A stretch of DNA of 64,000 bases from Candidatus Latescibacterota bacterium (GCA_964291625.2 OZ220089.1:384001-448000); one strand, 5' to 3'; positions 39,462 through 49,014 are shown, counted from the first letter of the stretch. The notes: generated by a model not told the origin, from the sequence alone. Numbers and translations are program-made.

Positions 39462-40795
39462 GCCTCGAATCCCTGCCGCATGCTCTGCTCATCGAGGTTG
39501 CGGCCGATGAACACGAGCTGATTTCGGCGGGGCTCGTCGTCCCATGGACGATCCGGCTGTCCGTCGAAGAGCATGTGAACCCCCTGGAAGACAAAGCGGC
39601 GCGACTCCCCCGCGAGACTGATGAAGCCTTTCATCCGGAAGATGTCCACCCCGCGCTCGCGGAGCAGCTCGCCGAGCCAGTCGTTGAGCCTGTCGGGATC
39701 GACGTCGCCGTCCCTCTCGATGGCGATCGAGCCCACCGCGTCGTCGTGCTCGTGCTGTGCAACCCAGGTGCGTTCGACCTGCGGCCCGATCGCCGCTCCA
39801 TCCGCATCCGTCAGCCGGAGATCGAACTCTTCCGCGGTGTGCTGGGCGTAGAGGCCCACCCGCACCTGCTCGTCGACCTCGAGGAAGAACGACTTGGGCC
39901 CCGGGGAATCCAGCTGCAGGTTCACGTGCTTTCCGACCGGGATCGCTTCCCCCGGGCCAATGAGCTCCGCAGGTTCGGCGTACCGCCGCACACACCACTC
40001 CGCACTCTCCCGGAGGGCGGCGTCATCCGTGCCCTGGTCGGAGACGACGACGAGGGACATGGCCGGGTCGGGTCCCTCGGCCAGGCCGAGCTCGTATCGG
40101 CCGGTCTGGAGCGCATAGACTCCGGTCCACTCAAAGGGGTATTCCGGCTCGAGGAAATCGGGACGACGGTCGAGCACCTGGTCCAGGTCGAAGGCGCCGA
40201 GGTTGAGTACCGTGTCGACGGGTGCGTTCCCCCGTTCGCTGCGCACGACCCGCGCCATTCGGTTCATCTCTCGGAGCCGCGCCTCGAGCCTGTCGAGGGT
40301 CTCGCCGTTGACGAGGTCCGTCTTGTTGAGCACGAGGACGTCCGCGAATGCGACCTGCTCCGTGCTTTCGTCGCTGCGGCCGAGCTGCTGCTCGATGTGG
40401 GCTGCATCGACGAGCGTGACGATCCCGTCGAGGGAGAATTCCTCGCGAATCTCGTCGTCCATGAAGAAGGTCTGGGCGACCGGGCCGGGATCGGCGAGCC
40501 CCGTGGTCTCCACCAGCACATAGTCGAACTTGTCCCGGCGCTTCATGAGATTGCCGAGGACGCGAATCAGGTCTCCCCGCACCGTGCAGCAGATGCAGCC
40601 ATTCGACATCTCGAAGATCTCCTCGTCCGCGTCGATGACCAGGGCCTGATCGATACCGACCTCCCCGTACTCGTTCTCGATCACGGCGATGCGCTTGCCG
40701 TGCTCCTCACTCAGGACCCGGTTGAGCAGGGTCGTCTTTCCGGAGCCGAGGAAACCTGTGAGGATCGTTACGGGTACTCTTGGAGGCGTGTTCAT
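39449..40795 (-). CDS. COG0523/CobW-family G3E metallochaperone GTPase
   Basis: GFLGSGKTT, ENEYGE, GCICC, ETTG, NKTD and CobW_C (RMKG...FQGVH...VFIGRNLD). Confidence 0.93.
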   Translation of the reverse strand: MNTPPRVPVTILTGFLGSGKTTLLNRVLSEEHGKRIAVIENEYGEVGIDQALVIDADEEIFEMSNGCICCTVRGDLIRVLGNLMKRRDKFDYVLVETTGLADPGPVAQTFFMDDEIREEFSLDGIVTLVDAAHIEQQLGRSDESTEQVAFADVLVLNKTDLVNGETLDRLEARLREMNRMARVVRSERGNAPVDTVLNLGAFDLDQVLDRRPDFLEPEYPFEWTGVYALQTGRYELGLAEGPDPAMSLVVVSDQGTDDAALRESAEWCVRRYAEPAELIGPGEAIPVGKHVNLQLDSPGPKSFFLEVDEQVRVGLYAQHTAEEFDLRLTDADGAAIGPQVERTWVAQHEHDDAVGSIAIERDGDVDPDRLNDWLGELLRERGVDIFRMKGFISLAGESRRFVFQGVHMLFDGQPDRPWDDEPRRNQLVFIGRNLDEQSMRQGFEACLI

Positions 40796-42165
40796 CTTGT
40801 TCTCCCGGGGAGCGTGGTGATGTGCCGATCGACATCCGCGAGGCCAGCGCGGATGAGCCACGGTCTCGACAGCCCTTCCGCCGCAGGCCCGTCGAAGAGC
40901 AGCCGCCGGTCTCGCAGCAGGACGACGCGCGCGGCCGGGGATGGCAGTGAGTGGAGGCAGTGAGTGGCCCAGACGCACGCGGCGCTCGTCCGGCGAACGG
41001 ACTCTTCCACGAGCGTGCGCAGCTCGTGGGCGGCGACGGGATCGAGCCCGGCCGTGGGCTCGTCGAGGAGCAGCAGCGCGGGCTCGAGGACCAGGAGACC
41101 GGCGAGCGCCACCCGGCGCTGCTCCCCGAAGCTGAGCTGATGGCACGGACGCTCCAGCAGATGGTCTATGCCCAGGGCCGTCGCCGCCTCCCGGGATCGA
41201 CGCCGCGCCTCGACGACTTCGACGCCACGGCGAAGCAGACCCCAGGCAATGTCCTCGGCCACGGTGCTGGCGATGAAGTGGTGTTCCGGGTTCTGGCCCA
41301 GAAGCGCCACGCGTCCGTCGAGCCGGGCGCCGAGCCTCCCACCGGGCGACACCTGCTTTCCGAGGCGAGCCATGGTCCCTTGCGCCGGTCCGTCGAGCCC
41401 CGCGAGCAGGCGCAGCAAGCTCGATTTCCCGGCTCCACTCGGCCCACACACGAGGAGCCACTCCGCTCTTGCCAGGCGAAGTTCGACCTGCTCGAGCACC
41501 CGCTGCCCACCGCGTTCGACGTCGATGGCATCGAGGTGAACGCCGTCCTGAGCCCGAAGGTCCTCGGACGGGGCGCTGCGGAGCAGCGCGTTCTCCTCGG
41601 CACGTTCGAGGCGCTCGAAGGCATGCAGGGCCCCTTCGCCGAGCAGCGGTCCCCAGGCGCCCAGGGGCAACCGCGGTGACCCCAGGCGGAGGCGGGCGGC
41701 GTCACGCCGCTGGACCCACTCACGCTGGGTGAGAACACCGTGCATGAGCGCGTGGTCGAGGCTGGCCACCACGCCCTCGGGAATCCGCAGCCGGAGCAGG
41801 AGTTGCCGCAGCGACGCCCAGTCGACCTGGGTGCCAAGCCAGAGGACCCAGATGACGCCACACAGGACCCGGACGCTCGTCCGGACGATGGCGTCCGCGT
41901 GGGAGTCCAGGGCCACCCCGCCAAGCAGCGCGAGGGCCACGAGGGCCAGGGTCCAGGCGAGGGCCGGCTCGATCCTTCGGCGTCCACGGGCCCGCGCCAA
42001 CAGCAGGAGCGCCGCGCCCATCCCCGAGCCGATCAGGGACAGGGTGGTACTGCGCGTGCCCGCGTTGACGATCAGTACGCCGCCGGTCAGGGCGATGGCC
42101 ATTGCCGCAACCCACAGCGGTTGGCGGCGCTCGAAGAACAGGGGGTGCTCAGCGTGGAGGTGCAT
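40792..42165 (-). CDS. fused ECF transmembrane (CbiQ/T) and ATPase (CbiO/A) component
   Basis: N-terminal TM helices with AARLR and ALLR motifs, then GPSGAGKS, QNPEH, LSFGEQRR and LDEPTAGLD. Confidence 0.82.
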   Translation of the reverse strand: MHLHAEHPLFFERRQPLWVAAMAIALTGGVLIVNAGTRSTTLSLIGSGMGAALLLLARARGRRRIEPALAWTLALVALALLGGVALDSHADAIVRTSVRVLCGVIWVLWLGTQVDWASLRQLLLRLRIPEGVVASLDHALMHGVLTQREWVQRRDAARLRLGSPRLPLGAWGPLLGEGALHAFERLERAEENALLRSAPSEDLRAQDGVHLDAIDVERGGQRVLEQVELRLARAEWLLVCGPSGAGKSSLLRLLAGLDGPAQGTMARLGKQVSPGGRLGARLDGRVALLGQNPEHHFIASTVAEDIAWGLLRRGVEVVEARRRSREAATALGIDHLLERPCHQLSFGEQRRVALAGLLVLEPALLLLDEPTAGLDPVAAHELRTLVEESVRRTSAACVWATHCLHSLPSPAARVVLLRDRRLLFDGPAAEGLSRPWLIRAGLADVDRHITTLPGRTR

Positions 42166-43072
42166 CGCGCCCTTCGCCGAGCACCCGCTCCCAACTGCGC
42201 CCCGCGACGAATCCCAGCCCGAAGAGTATGAGGATCGACATGGCGAGCCCGGTCTCCCCCTGGCTCAGGTCGACGATGCTCTCCGCGGGCGGTCGCCCCG
42301 CCCCCTCGGCGGCCGCACCGAATACGGTTCCGTCGATGCCCTCGTAACCGCATCCGGACAGGCCGATCACCAGCGACAGAAGCATGGCGGACGCAGCGGG
42401 CGCGGAGACGGTGCGAAGCGTCCTCAGCGAGCTCGGCAGGAGGCCCGGCCGGCGTGCGGCCAACAGCCGTACGATGCCGACGGAGGCGACGGCTTCAAGA
42501 GCTGCCAGGGGGGCCTGGACAGGGGCAAACCCGAGCAGCACGGCGCCGAAGGTCGTGGCAGGTGCGGTCACATCGGACAACGCCGCGGCGAGCACCGCGG
42601 CGTCGGCAACGTATACGCTCAGGCCGCCGACGCCGCATGCGAGAGCGACGCCGAGAGCCCCGTCCACACCGAGCCGCCGCAGCAGAGACCAGAGCCCGAC
42701 GGTCGTCAGAGGCCCCAGCAGTCCGAGTGTCAGGACGTTGATCCCCAGCGTCGTGAGGCCGCCGTGAGCGAAGAAGACCGCCTGCAGCAGGAGCACGAAG
42801 AACGTGGGCCACACGATGCGGCGGACGCCGACGATCAGGGCGAGGACCGGCGTAAGGCAGATGTGACTGGTTGCGCCCACGACGGGGACCGGCAGCGGCA
42901 GCAGAGTGCCGGCAAAGAGCAGGCTCGTGGCGCCGGCCATGGTGACCGAGGACGAAGGTGTGTCGCCTCGCTTACGCCGCTCGCCGCGAAGGCTCCAGGC
43001 GAGAGTGGGTGCAGCCAGGGCACTCCACCCCATGGCCTGGCTGAGCGGAAGCACACCTTCTGCCAGATGCAT
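42149..43072 (-). CDS. cbiM: Co/Ni ECF substrate component CbiM with a fused CbiN-like C-terminus
   Basis: N-terminal MHLAEG, TSH and LLLQAVFFAHGGLTTLGIN; tail YEGID...GAGRPP...GE...GFVAG. Confidence 0.85.
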   Translation of the reverse strand: MHLAEGVLPLSQAMGWSALAAPTLAWSLRGERRKRGDTPSSSVTMAGATSLLFAGTLLPLPVPVVGATSHICLTPVLALIVGVRRIVWPTFFVLLLQAVFFAHGGLTTLGINVLTLGLLGPLTTVGLWSLLRRLGVDGALGVALACGVGGLSVYVADAAVLAAALSDVTAPATTFGAVLLGFAPVQAPLAALEAVASVGIVRLLAARRPGLLPSSLRTLRTVSAPAASAMLLSLVIGLSGCGYEGIDGTVFGAAAEGAGRPPAESIVDLSQGETGLAMSILILFGLGFVAGRSWERVLGEGRDAPPR

Positions 43073-43158
43073 CAGCGCCCTCCCCGGCGGTCAGCCAGTG
43101 GACCGTGCTTGCAGCCGAGGCGAGGATGCCCATCGATCCCACCGCTCCTGGGCGACCG

Positions 43159-43527
43159 TCATGCCGCCTTGCCACAGGCATCACAGGTTCCGAACAACAC
43201 CACCTCATGTCGCGTCATCCGGAACCTGTCCGGAACCAGGAACTCGAGGCCCTCGACGCAACCGACGAGGTCGAAGGCGCGGTCGCAGCCCGAGCAGAGG
43301 AAGTGATGGTGATGCTCGCGGTCCTTGGGCTCGTAGCGAACGCCGCCCCCCAACCCCTCCACCGGTTCCAGCGTGCCTTCCTCGACGCCCCGTTGAAGAG
43401 CGCGGTATACCGTGGCGAGACCGATACCCGTTCCGCTCAGGCGGCTCCACAGTTCCCTGGCCGACAGGGGGCCGTCCGCCTCGGCAAGAGCTCGCAGGAC
43501 GGTCATCTGCTGTTTCGCTCTCTCCAT
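43159..43527 (-). CDS. Fur-family transcriptional regulator
   Basis: IGLATVYRAL, HHHHFLCSGC and GTCDAC motifs. Confidence 0.92.
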   Translation of the reverse strand: MERAKQQMTVLRALAEADGPLSARELWSRLSGTGIGLATVYRALQRGVEEGTLEPVEGLGGGVRYEPKDREHHHHFLCSGCDRAFDLVGCVEGLEFLVPDRFRMTRHEVVLFGTCDACGKAA

Positions 43528-43533
43528 GGAGAT

Positions 43534-43561
43534 ATGATAATCAATTTTCAGTTATCGTCAA
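43534..43561 (-). promoter_or_regulatory. leaderless promoter with an overlapping Fur-type operator
   Basis: TTGACG-16bp-TATCAT-6nt-ATG; imperfect palindrome TGAAAATTGATTATCA (43535-43550) in an otherwise GC-rich background. Confidence 0.75.
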
Positions 43562-43771
43562 GGCTTGCCCCAGCACCCGGAGCCTCGTCCCATAGCGCGG
43601 GCCAGCGACGTCTACGTCTGTCGCCTGGTCACGCCCCGACGGCGCACCGGGGGGGCAGGTCCCGGCGTAGAGCAGCCGGGCCTCGAGGCCACCGGCCCAG
43701 GCGATGATCTCCCGCACTCAGGATCTGACGAAGGCGCCGTCGGGCGCCTCGGCAGCTCTCCAAGGCTCGGT

Positions 43772-45478
43772 TCACGCGAAATCCGATCTCCAGAGATGAA
43801 CCGCCCTTGCCGCAAGCTGGCGCTGCCGTTCGTCCACCAGTTCCGGCGTCCATTGCTCGGGCGCCAGTGCGGGAATCTTCCGGGTCAGGGCATAGGCGCT
43901 GTTCTCGTAGGCCGCGCGCTTTTCGCCATATGTCGCATTCCCGACCTCGCGATTGGCGGAGGCTTCGAGAAGGGTGAGATTGCCGAGGCGGTACGTCGAT
44001 GCCTCCCTCGCTCCGGGCGCGAAGGACTCGCTCCAGGCCTCGGCCGGGTTCTCCGGCAGGACATGCTCGATCGTGCCGGGGTCCGTGTCCGGATCGCAGG
44101 CGCGGTCGGCGGCATCCTCTTCGAGTCGCGCCAGGATGTACTTGGCCAGTTTCCTTCTGGAGCCGCGGGTGTTCACGGTGAGGAGGGCGAAATCCTGGCG
44201 CATCTTCTCGTCGTCCACGTAGATCGGCTTCAAGTATTCGAAGACCTCCGAGGGGCCGGCGGCGGCGCCGTCGAGCACCGCCCTGGCGGCGCCGTGGTAG
44301 ACGGGTTCGAGGGCATTCGTGTTGAGGCGGCTGATCACGGTGTAGCGGCAGGAAACCACGCTGACGAGCTTCAGGATGCGGGCGAAGTCCTCCCTCAGAG
44401 ATTCCCACGCGGCGAACAGCAGGGGCATCGCCTGGTGTACTCGAAAAAGGTTGAGCTCACGGATGTAGGGCCTCGCAGCCGGCCATTCCGTCCAGTAGCT
44501 GTGGTTCGGGTCCGAGACCGCGGCGAAGAGCTCTGCCCGCCCTTCGAGGTGGTCGAGGAGACTGAATACATCCTGCGTCGTCTTCGTCCGGTCCCGTACC
44601 AGCTTGAAGAGCCGTCCGCTCCGTACTTTCGGCAGCTCGCAGAGCATGTGATAGCGCAGGAACTCCGGAAACCGCTCCTGTTCCACGGTCGAGACGAGGA
44701 ATCGCCACCGGCGCTGGAGCGCTTCCAGGTCGGCGGCCACGCGCACTCGAGAGAACAGGTAGTTCTTGAGCAGATCCGTGGTCGTCAGTTCCAGGCCGCG
44801 CGCGTTGAGCGTCTCGAAGACGGTGTAGGCCTTCAGCTCGTCGTCTACCGTGATGAGGATGAACAGGAACTGGCGGGCCAGGGTCTCGGACAGGAGGCTC
44901 GCCATGCCTATCCCGTCGACCTCCAACCCGTCGGCCTCTGCAAGGCAATCCCTGAAGAAGAGAAAGCACTCCCGGAGCCGCCGGTTCGACTTCGGCAGCC
45001 CCCCGGGGTTGAGCGGCTCCCTGAGTTGAACGAGGTAGTCCTGGTAGAAAGGATTGTCCGTCTCGTTGAGGTACAGCCGCGTGGACTCGGTGAGGGATGC
45101 CGGATCCTTCTCTCCGATGAAGCGATTGCGAAGCTCCCGGCCGCGCTCCCGGTTGGCATCGACGTCGATCCCCTGGTCGGCCATCGTCTGCAGCCGGTCG
45201 ATCACGGCGAGGGCGAAGAGGCTCAGTGTGGCCAGGCGCTGCTGGCCGTCGATGATCTGGAACTCACGGTCGCTCTTCCCTTCGACGACCAGGGCGCCCA
45301 TGTAGTGGCGGTCTTCCGCGCGAGGCCTCAACTCGACGATGTCATTCCATAGATCCTCCCACTGCTCCTGCGACCAGGAGTAATCGCGCTGGTAGGGAGG
45401 CACGCGGTACAACTTGCCGTTGCCGATCAGTTCCATGTAGTTGATCGTGCGAGTGTTCAGGATGTTCGCTGTCGCCAT
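43772..45478 (-). CDS. DUF262-DUF1524 (GmrSD-like) nuclease
   Basis: VPPYQRDYSW, IIDGQQR and FETLNARG motifs; C-terminal TIEHVLP...RLGNLTLL...N His-Me finger. Confidence 0.9.
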   Translation of the reverse strand: MATANILNTRTINYMELIGNGKLYRVPPYQRDYSWSQEQWEDLWNDIVELRPRAEDRHYMGALVVEGKSDREFQIIDGQQRLATLSLFALAVIDRLQTMADQGIDVDANRERGRELRNRFIGEKDPASLTESTRLYLNETDNPFYQDYLVQLREPLNPGGLPKSNRRLRECFLFFRDCLAEADGLEVDGIGMASLLSETLARQFLFILITVDDELKAYTVFETLNARGLELTTTDLLKNYLFSRVRVAADLEALQRRWRFLVSTVEQERFPEFLRYHMLCELPKVRSGRLFKLVRDRTKTTQDVFSLLDHLEGRAELFAAVSDPNHSYWTEWPAARPYIRELNLFRVHQAMPLLFAAWESLREDFARILKLVSVVSCRYTVISRLNTNALEPVYHGAARAVLDGAAAGPSEVFEYLKPIYVDDEKMRQDFALLTVNTRGSRRKLAKYILARLEEDAADRACDPDTDPGTIEHVLPENPAEAWSESFAPGAREASTYRLGNLTLLEASANREVGNATYGEKRAAYENSAYALTRKIPALAPEQWTPELVDERQRQLAARAVHLWRSDFA

Positions 45479-45608
45479 CAGTCCGCTCCGATCGATCGCC
45501 CAGCCAGCAGTTCCCGCCCGTCCCGCCGAAGTCCGGCTCCCGCTCCTGGGCCCCTCCTTCGATAAGATAGGACCCATGCTACCCGGGCACCCTTCAAGTC
45601 GGCCGGGC

Positions 45609-46583
45609 TCAGGCCAGTTGCTCGTAGGCGCGATGGACGATGTCGAGGTCGCGGCGGGCGCGCGCCAGGCCGGAGTACGGCGACGCCTCGCGGGAGGAGA
45701 GGCAGAGGAGGAAGTCGTCGGTCATGCGTCCGTACCCCATGAGGTCGGCGAAGCCGGGGAAGCTGAGGCCCTTGCGCCCGGGGCCGCGCACGTGGAGGTA
45801 GAGGCCGTTGCTCTCGAAGAGGATGCGGCCCTCGGCCCCGTCGACGCGGGAGTGCTGGAAGACCCCCTTGCCCAGGGTCGGCAGGTCCCAGGCGTAGAGC
45901 AGATGCGCCTCCAGTCCGCCGTCCCAGCTCAGGCTCAGGCGGCAGCGCCGCTCCGGGGAGCCCTTCCGGGAGGTCGGGAACTCGGCCGCCACCTGGAGGG
46001 GGGCGCTCACCGGGGCCGGCTCCTGGCGGCGCGCCAGGGCCGCGTCGGCGAGATCGGCGATGAGGGCCACGAAGTGGATGCCGCCCTCCAGCAGGGCGCC
46101 GTGCCCGGCCTTCCAGCCCTCGGACTCCTGCCCCGTGAGCTTCTTCACCCGCATCGACCGCACGGCGCCGACGCCGTCCCAGGCGACGATCTCCCGCATC
46201 AGGACCTGGGAGGGCTTGTAGTAGTAGTTCTCGGCGACCATGACGAAGGCGCCGCCGGGCGCTTCGGCAGCCGCCTCCTCGATTCGCAGCAGCTCCGCGG
46301 CATCGACACACAGCGGCTTCTCCACCAGCACCGGGGTCCCGCCGGCCAGGGCCTGCAGGGTCTGCTCCGCGTGCATCTCCGGAGGCGTGGCGACCACCAC
46401 GCCGTCACTGGACTCCACCAGCTCGCTGAAGCTGCCGCAGGCACGGCCTCCGAACTCGCGGGCGAAAGCCTCGGCCTTCTCGCGGGTGCGGTTGTGGAAG
46501 CGCAGCTCCACCCCGCGCTCCGCCAGGTTGCGGGCGTGCAGGCGGCCGATGCCGCCGCACCCGGACAGCCCGACCCGCTTCAT
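45609..46583 (-). CDS. Gfo/Idh/MocA oxidoreductase
   Basis: GCGGIG, VATPPEMH, VEKP and GALLEGGIH motifs. Confidence 0.88.
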   Translation of the reverse strand: MKRVGLSGCGGIGRLHARNLAERGVELRFHNRTREKAEAFAREFGGRACGSFSELVESSDGVVVATPPEMHAEQTLQALAGGTPVLVEKPLCVDAAELLRIEEAAAEAPGGAFVMVAENYYYKPSQVLMREIVAWDGVGAVRSMRVKKLTGQESEGWKAGHGALLEGGIHFVALIADLADAALARRQEPAPVSAPLQVAAEFPTSRKGSPERRCRLSLSWDGGLEAHLLYAWDLPTLGKGVFQHSRVDGAEGRILFESNGLYLHVRGPGRKGLSFPGFADLMGYGRMTDDFLLCLSSREASPYSGLARARRDLDIVHRAYEQLA

Positions 46584-48079
46584 CCCCGCTCCCCCCCGGC
46601 GATGGCCGGCGCCACCCGCAGGGCGTTGGCGGCGATCGTCAGGCTGGGGTTGACGCCGCCGCTGGCGGGGAAGCAGGAGCCGTCCACGACCCACAGGTTG
46701 TCCACCCCCCACAGCCGGCACCCGGGGTCCAGGGCGCCGTCGTCGGGGGAGGCGGCCATGCCCACGGAGCCGACGCCGTGGGAGAAGGTGTCGATCTCGT
46801 AGACCCGGGTGGTCCAGGCCCCGGCCGTCCGGAGCAGCCGGCGGGCCCGGGCGACGAGGTGATCCCGGCGGCGCAGGTCGGCGGGGCCGTACTCGTGGTC
46901 GACCTGCGGCACCCGGACGCCGAAACGGTCCCTCTCGTCGGAGAGGGATACCCGGTTCTCCGGCCGGGGGTCGTCCTCGGCAACGCAGAGCAGGTTCTGC
47001 ATGTAGGCGGACATCCAGCCGGCGAGCCTCTTCAGGCCCGGGGGCGCGTGGTGGCGGATCACCGCCGCCGCGGGGGTGTAGATGTCCTGCACCGTGCCCG
47101 TGGCGGTGCCCAGCTCGGCCCGCAGGTCCTCGTAGAACTCGGTGAAGCAGAGCTGCTTGTGGAAGACCTGGCGCGGGTTGGTGGGGGCGCGGAAGAGGCC
47201 GGCCACCACGGCGTTGCAGTGCCGCATCAGCCGCCGCCCGATCCAGCGGCCGCCGGGGCTGTCCTCGCCGAGACCGGAACGCAGCAGCAGCGCCGGGGAG
47301 TGCAGGGCGCCGGCGGCGACGACGAACCTGTCCGCCTCGAACTCATGTCCTTCCCCGGTCTCGACGTCGACGCACTGGGCCGCCGCGGCCCTCCCCCCCT
47401 CCAGGCGCAGGCGCAGGGCCGCCGCGCCGGCGCGGATCTCCAGCCCCAGCTCCGCCGCCCGTCGCAGCACGGTCACCGCCAGGTCGTTCTTCGCCTCGAT
47501 CTTGCAGGGGAAGCCGTCGCAGGTGTTGCACAGGATGCACCGGGGGCGGGCGTCGTCGCTGAAGTTGAGGGCCAGGGGGATGGGAAAGGGCCGCCAGCCG
47601 AGGCGCCGGGCGGCGGCGCGCAGCCGCTGGGCGGGTTCGGTGAACGGGACCGGCGCCCGCGGATAGGCCGCCGACCTCGGGGGCTCGCAGGGGTCGGCGC
47701 CGGCCTCGCCGTGCACGTCGAGGAGCGCCTCGGCCCGGGTGTAGTGGGGCTCCAGCTCCCCGTAGGAGAGGGGCCAGCGGTCGAGGTCGGCCTCGCGCAG
47801 GCGCAGGGAGGCGCCGCCGTAGACCACGGAGTGGCCGCCCAGCATCTCCATCGGCCGCAGCGGCGCGTGGCGCCGGGCCCCGTACTGGCGCACCTGCACC
47901 GGCGACGCGCTGCGGTAGCGATCGCCGGTCACCACTTGGCGCGGGTCCCAGTCGCCGTCGTCGCGGCGCACCGGCCGGCCGCGCTCGAGGAGCAGCACCC
48001 GCAGCCCCGCCTCGGTCAGGGCCAGGGCGGTGAAAGCGCCGCCGAAACCGGAGCCGATGACGACGGCGTCGTACGCCAT
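46580..48079 (-). CDS. GMC family oxidoreductase
   Basis: GSGFGG, LLERG, CILCNTCDGFPC, HGVGS and DGSCFP...NPSLTIAANA motifs. Confidence 0.9.
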   Translation of the reverse strand: MAYDAVVIGSGFGGAFTALALTEAGLRVLLLERGRPVRRDDGDWDPRQVVTGDRYRSASPVQVRQYGARRHAPLRPMEMLGGHSVVYGGASLRLREADLDRWPLSYGELEPHYTRAEALLDVHGEAGADPCEPPRSAAYPRAPVPFTEPAQRLRAAARRLGWRPFPIPLALNFSDDARPRCILCNTCDGFPCKIEAKNDLAVTVLRRAAELGLEIRAGAAALRLRLEGGRAAAAQCVDVETGEGHEFEADRFVVAAGALHSPALLLRSGLGEDSPGGRWIGRRLMRHCNAVVAGLFRAPTNPRQVFHKQLCFTEFYEDLRAELGTATGTVQDIYTPAAAVIRHHAPPGLKRLAGWMSAYMQNLLCVAEDDPRPENRVSLSDERDRFGVRVPQVDHEYGPADLRRRDHLVARARRLLRTAGAWTTRVYEIDTFSHGVGSVGMAASPDDGALDPGCRLWGVDNLWVVDGSCFPASGGVNPSLTIAANALRVAPAIAGGERG

Positions 48080-48891
48080 CACCCCCCCGCGCCGGGGAGG
48101 ACCGCCTCCACGATGTAGAGGGCCGCCAGGGCGGCGATGATGACCAGGGCCGCGTAGTGGAAGCGCTCCCGCATCCGCAGCTCGGGCTCGCGGCGCGGCA
48201 GGTCGGGCCGGAACTTCCCGGACATGTTGCGCTGCACGTAGGTCTTGTAGTACTCGACGGCGAAGCGCTCGAGGCCGCCGTTCATGTAGATCAGGAACCC
48301 CAGGCCCACCGCCGGCCCCCCGGGATCGGCGAACCAGAAGAGGGGGCTGAGCACGGCCAGCACGAGCCCCGAGCGCTGGAACTTCAGGGGCCGGAAGCCC
48401 TCGAAGGGGGCGTCCTTGTAGGCGCCGCCGAGGGAGACGAGCAGGCCGGTGCCGTAGGCGGTGACCACGAACATCCAGAACCGCTCCACCGGCAGGTCGA
48501 TCCAGAGGACGGCGAAGACGGCGGCGACGATCGCCGTGCCCGCGGCGTAACGCGTCAGGTCGCTGCCCACGTGACGGCCGAAGAAGGTGATGCGCGAGGG
48601 GACGAAGTACTTCTGCTGGTCCTCGGTGCGGAAGAAGCCCTTGTAGATCTCGGCCAGGAACCGCTCGAGCCCCATGACGAGGAAGAACAGCTGGAACAGG
48701 GTCAGGTCGGCAAGGCGGGCGCGCCACGGGGGCACCAGGCAGAGGAGGGCGAAGAGGGCGAGGTGGAACCAGATGCTGCGCGGGAAGGTCCGCGGCTTCC
48801 AGCCCTCGTAGGGGGAGTCCTTGAAGGCGCCCCACAGGCTGGTGTAGAGCCCGGAGACGACGGTCACGAGCAGCTGGAGGGCGACCGGCAT
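48079..48891 (-). CDS. hypothetical membrane protein with an internal two-fold repeat
   Basis: GAFKDSPYEGW / GAYKDAPFEGF and GLERFLAEIYK / GLERFAVEYYK; stop overlaps the GMC start. Confidence 0.78.
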   Translation of the reverse strand: MPVALQLLVTVVSGLYTSLWGAFKDSPYEGWKPRTFPRSIWFHLALFALLCLVPPWRARLADLTLFQLFFLVMGLERFLAEIYKGFFRTEDQQKYFVPSRITFFGRHVGSDLTRYAAGTAIVAAVFAVLWIDLPVERFWMFVVTAYGTGLLVSLGGAYKDAPFEGFRPLKFQRSGLVLAVLSPLFWFADPGGPAVGLGFLIYMNGGLERFAVEYYKTYVQRNMSGKFRPDLPRREPELRMRERFHYAALVIIAALAALYIVEAVLPGAGG

Positions 48892-49014
48892 GGGCGGCAA
48901 AGATACCGGAGCCCCACCCGGGGCGCCAAGCTGGCGCTCCCTTTGGCCGCCGCCGGGACGGGTCTTAGAATTGCACCCTTCCCGCCCCCTTCCCGCGATC
49001 CCGGAGCCCTCGAC

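Noticed and set aside
43073-43158. cobalamin riboswitch ahead of cbiM
   Set aside because: The gap is only about 85 nt and no B12-box is recognisable.
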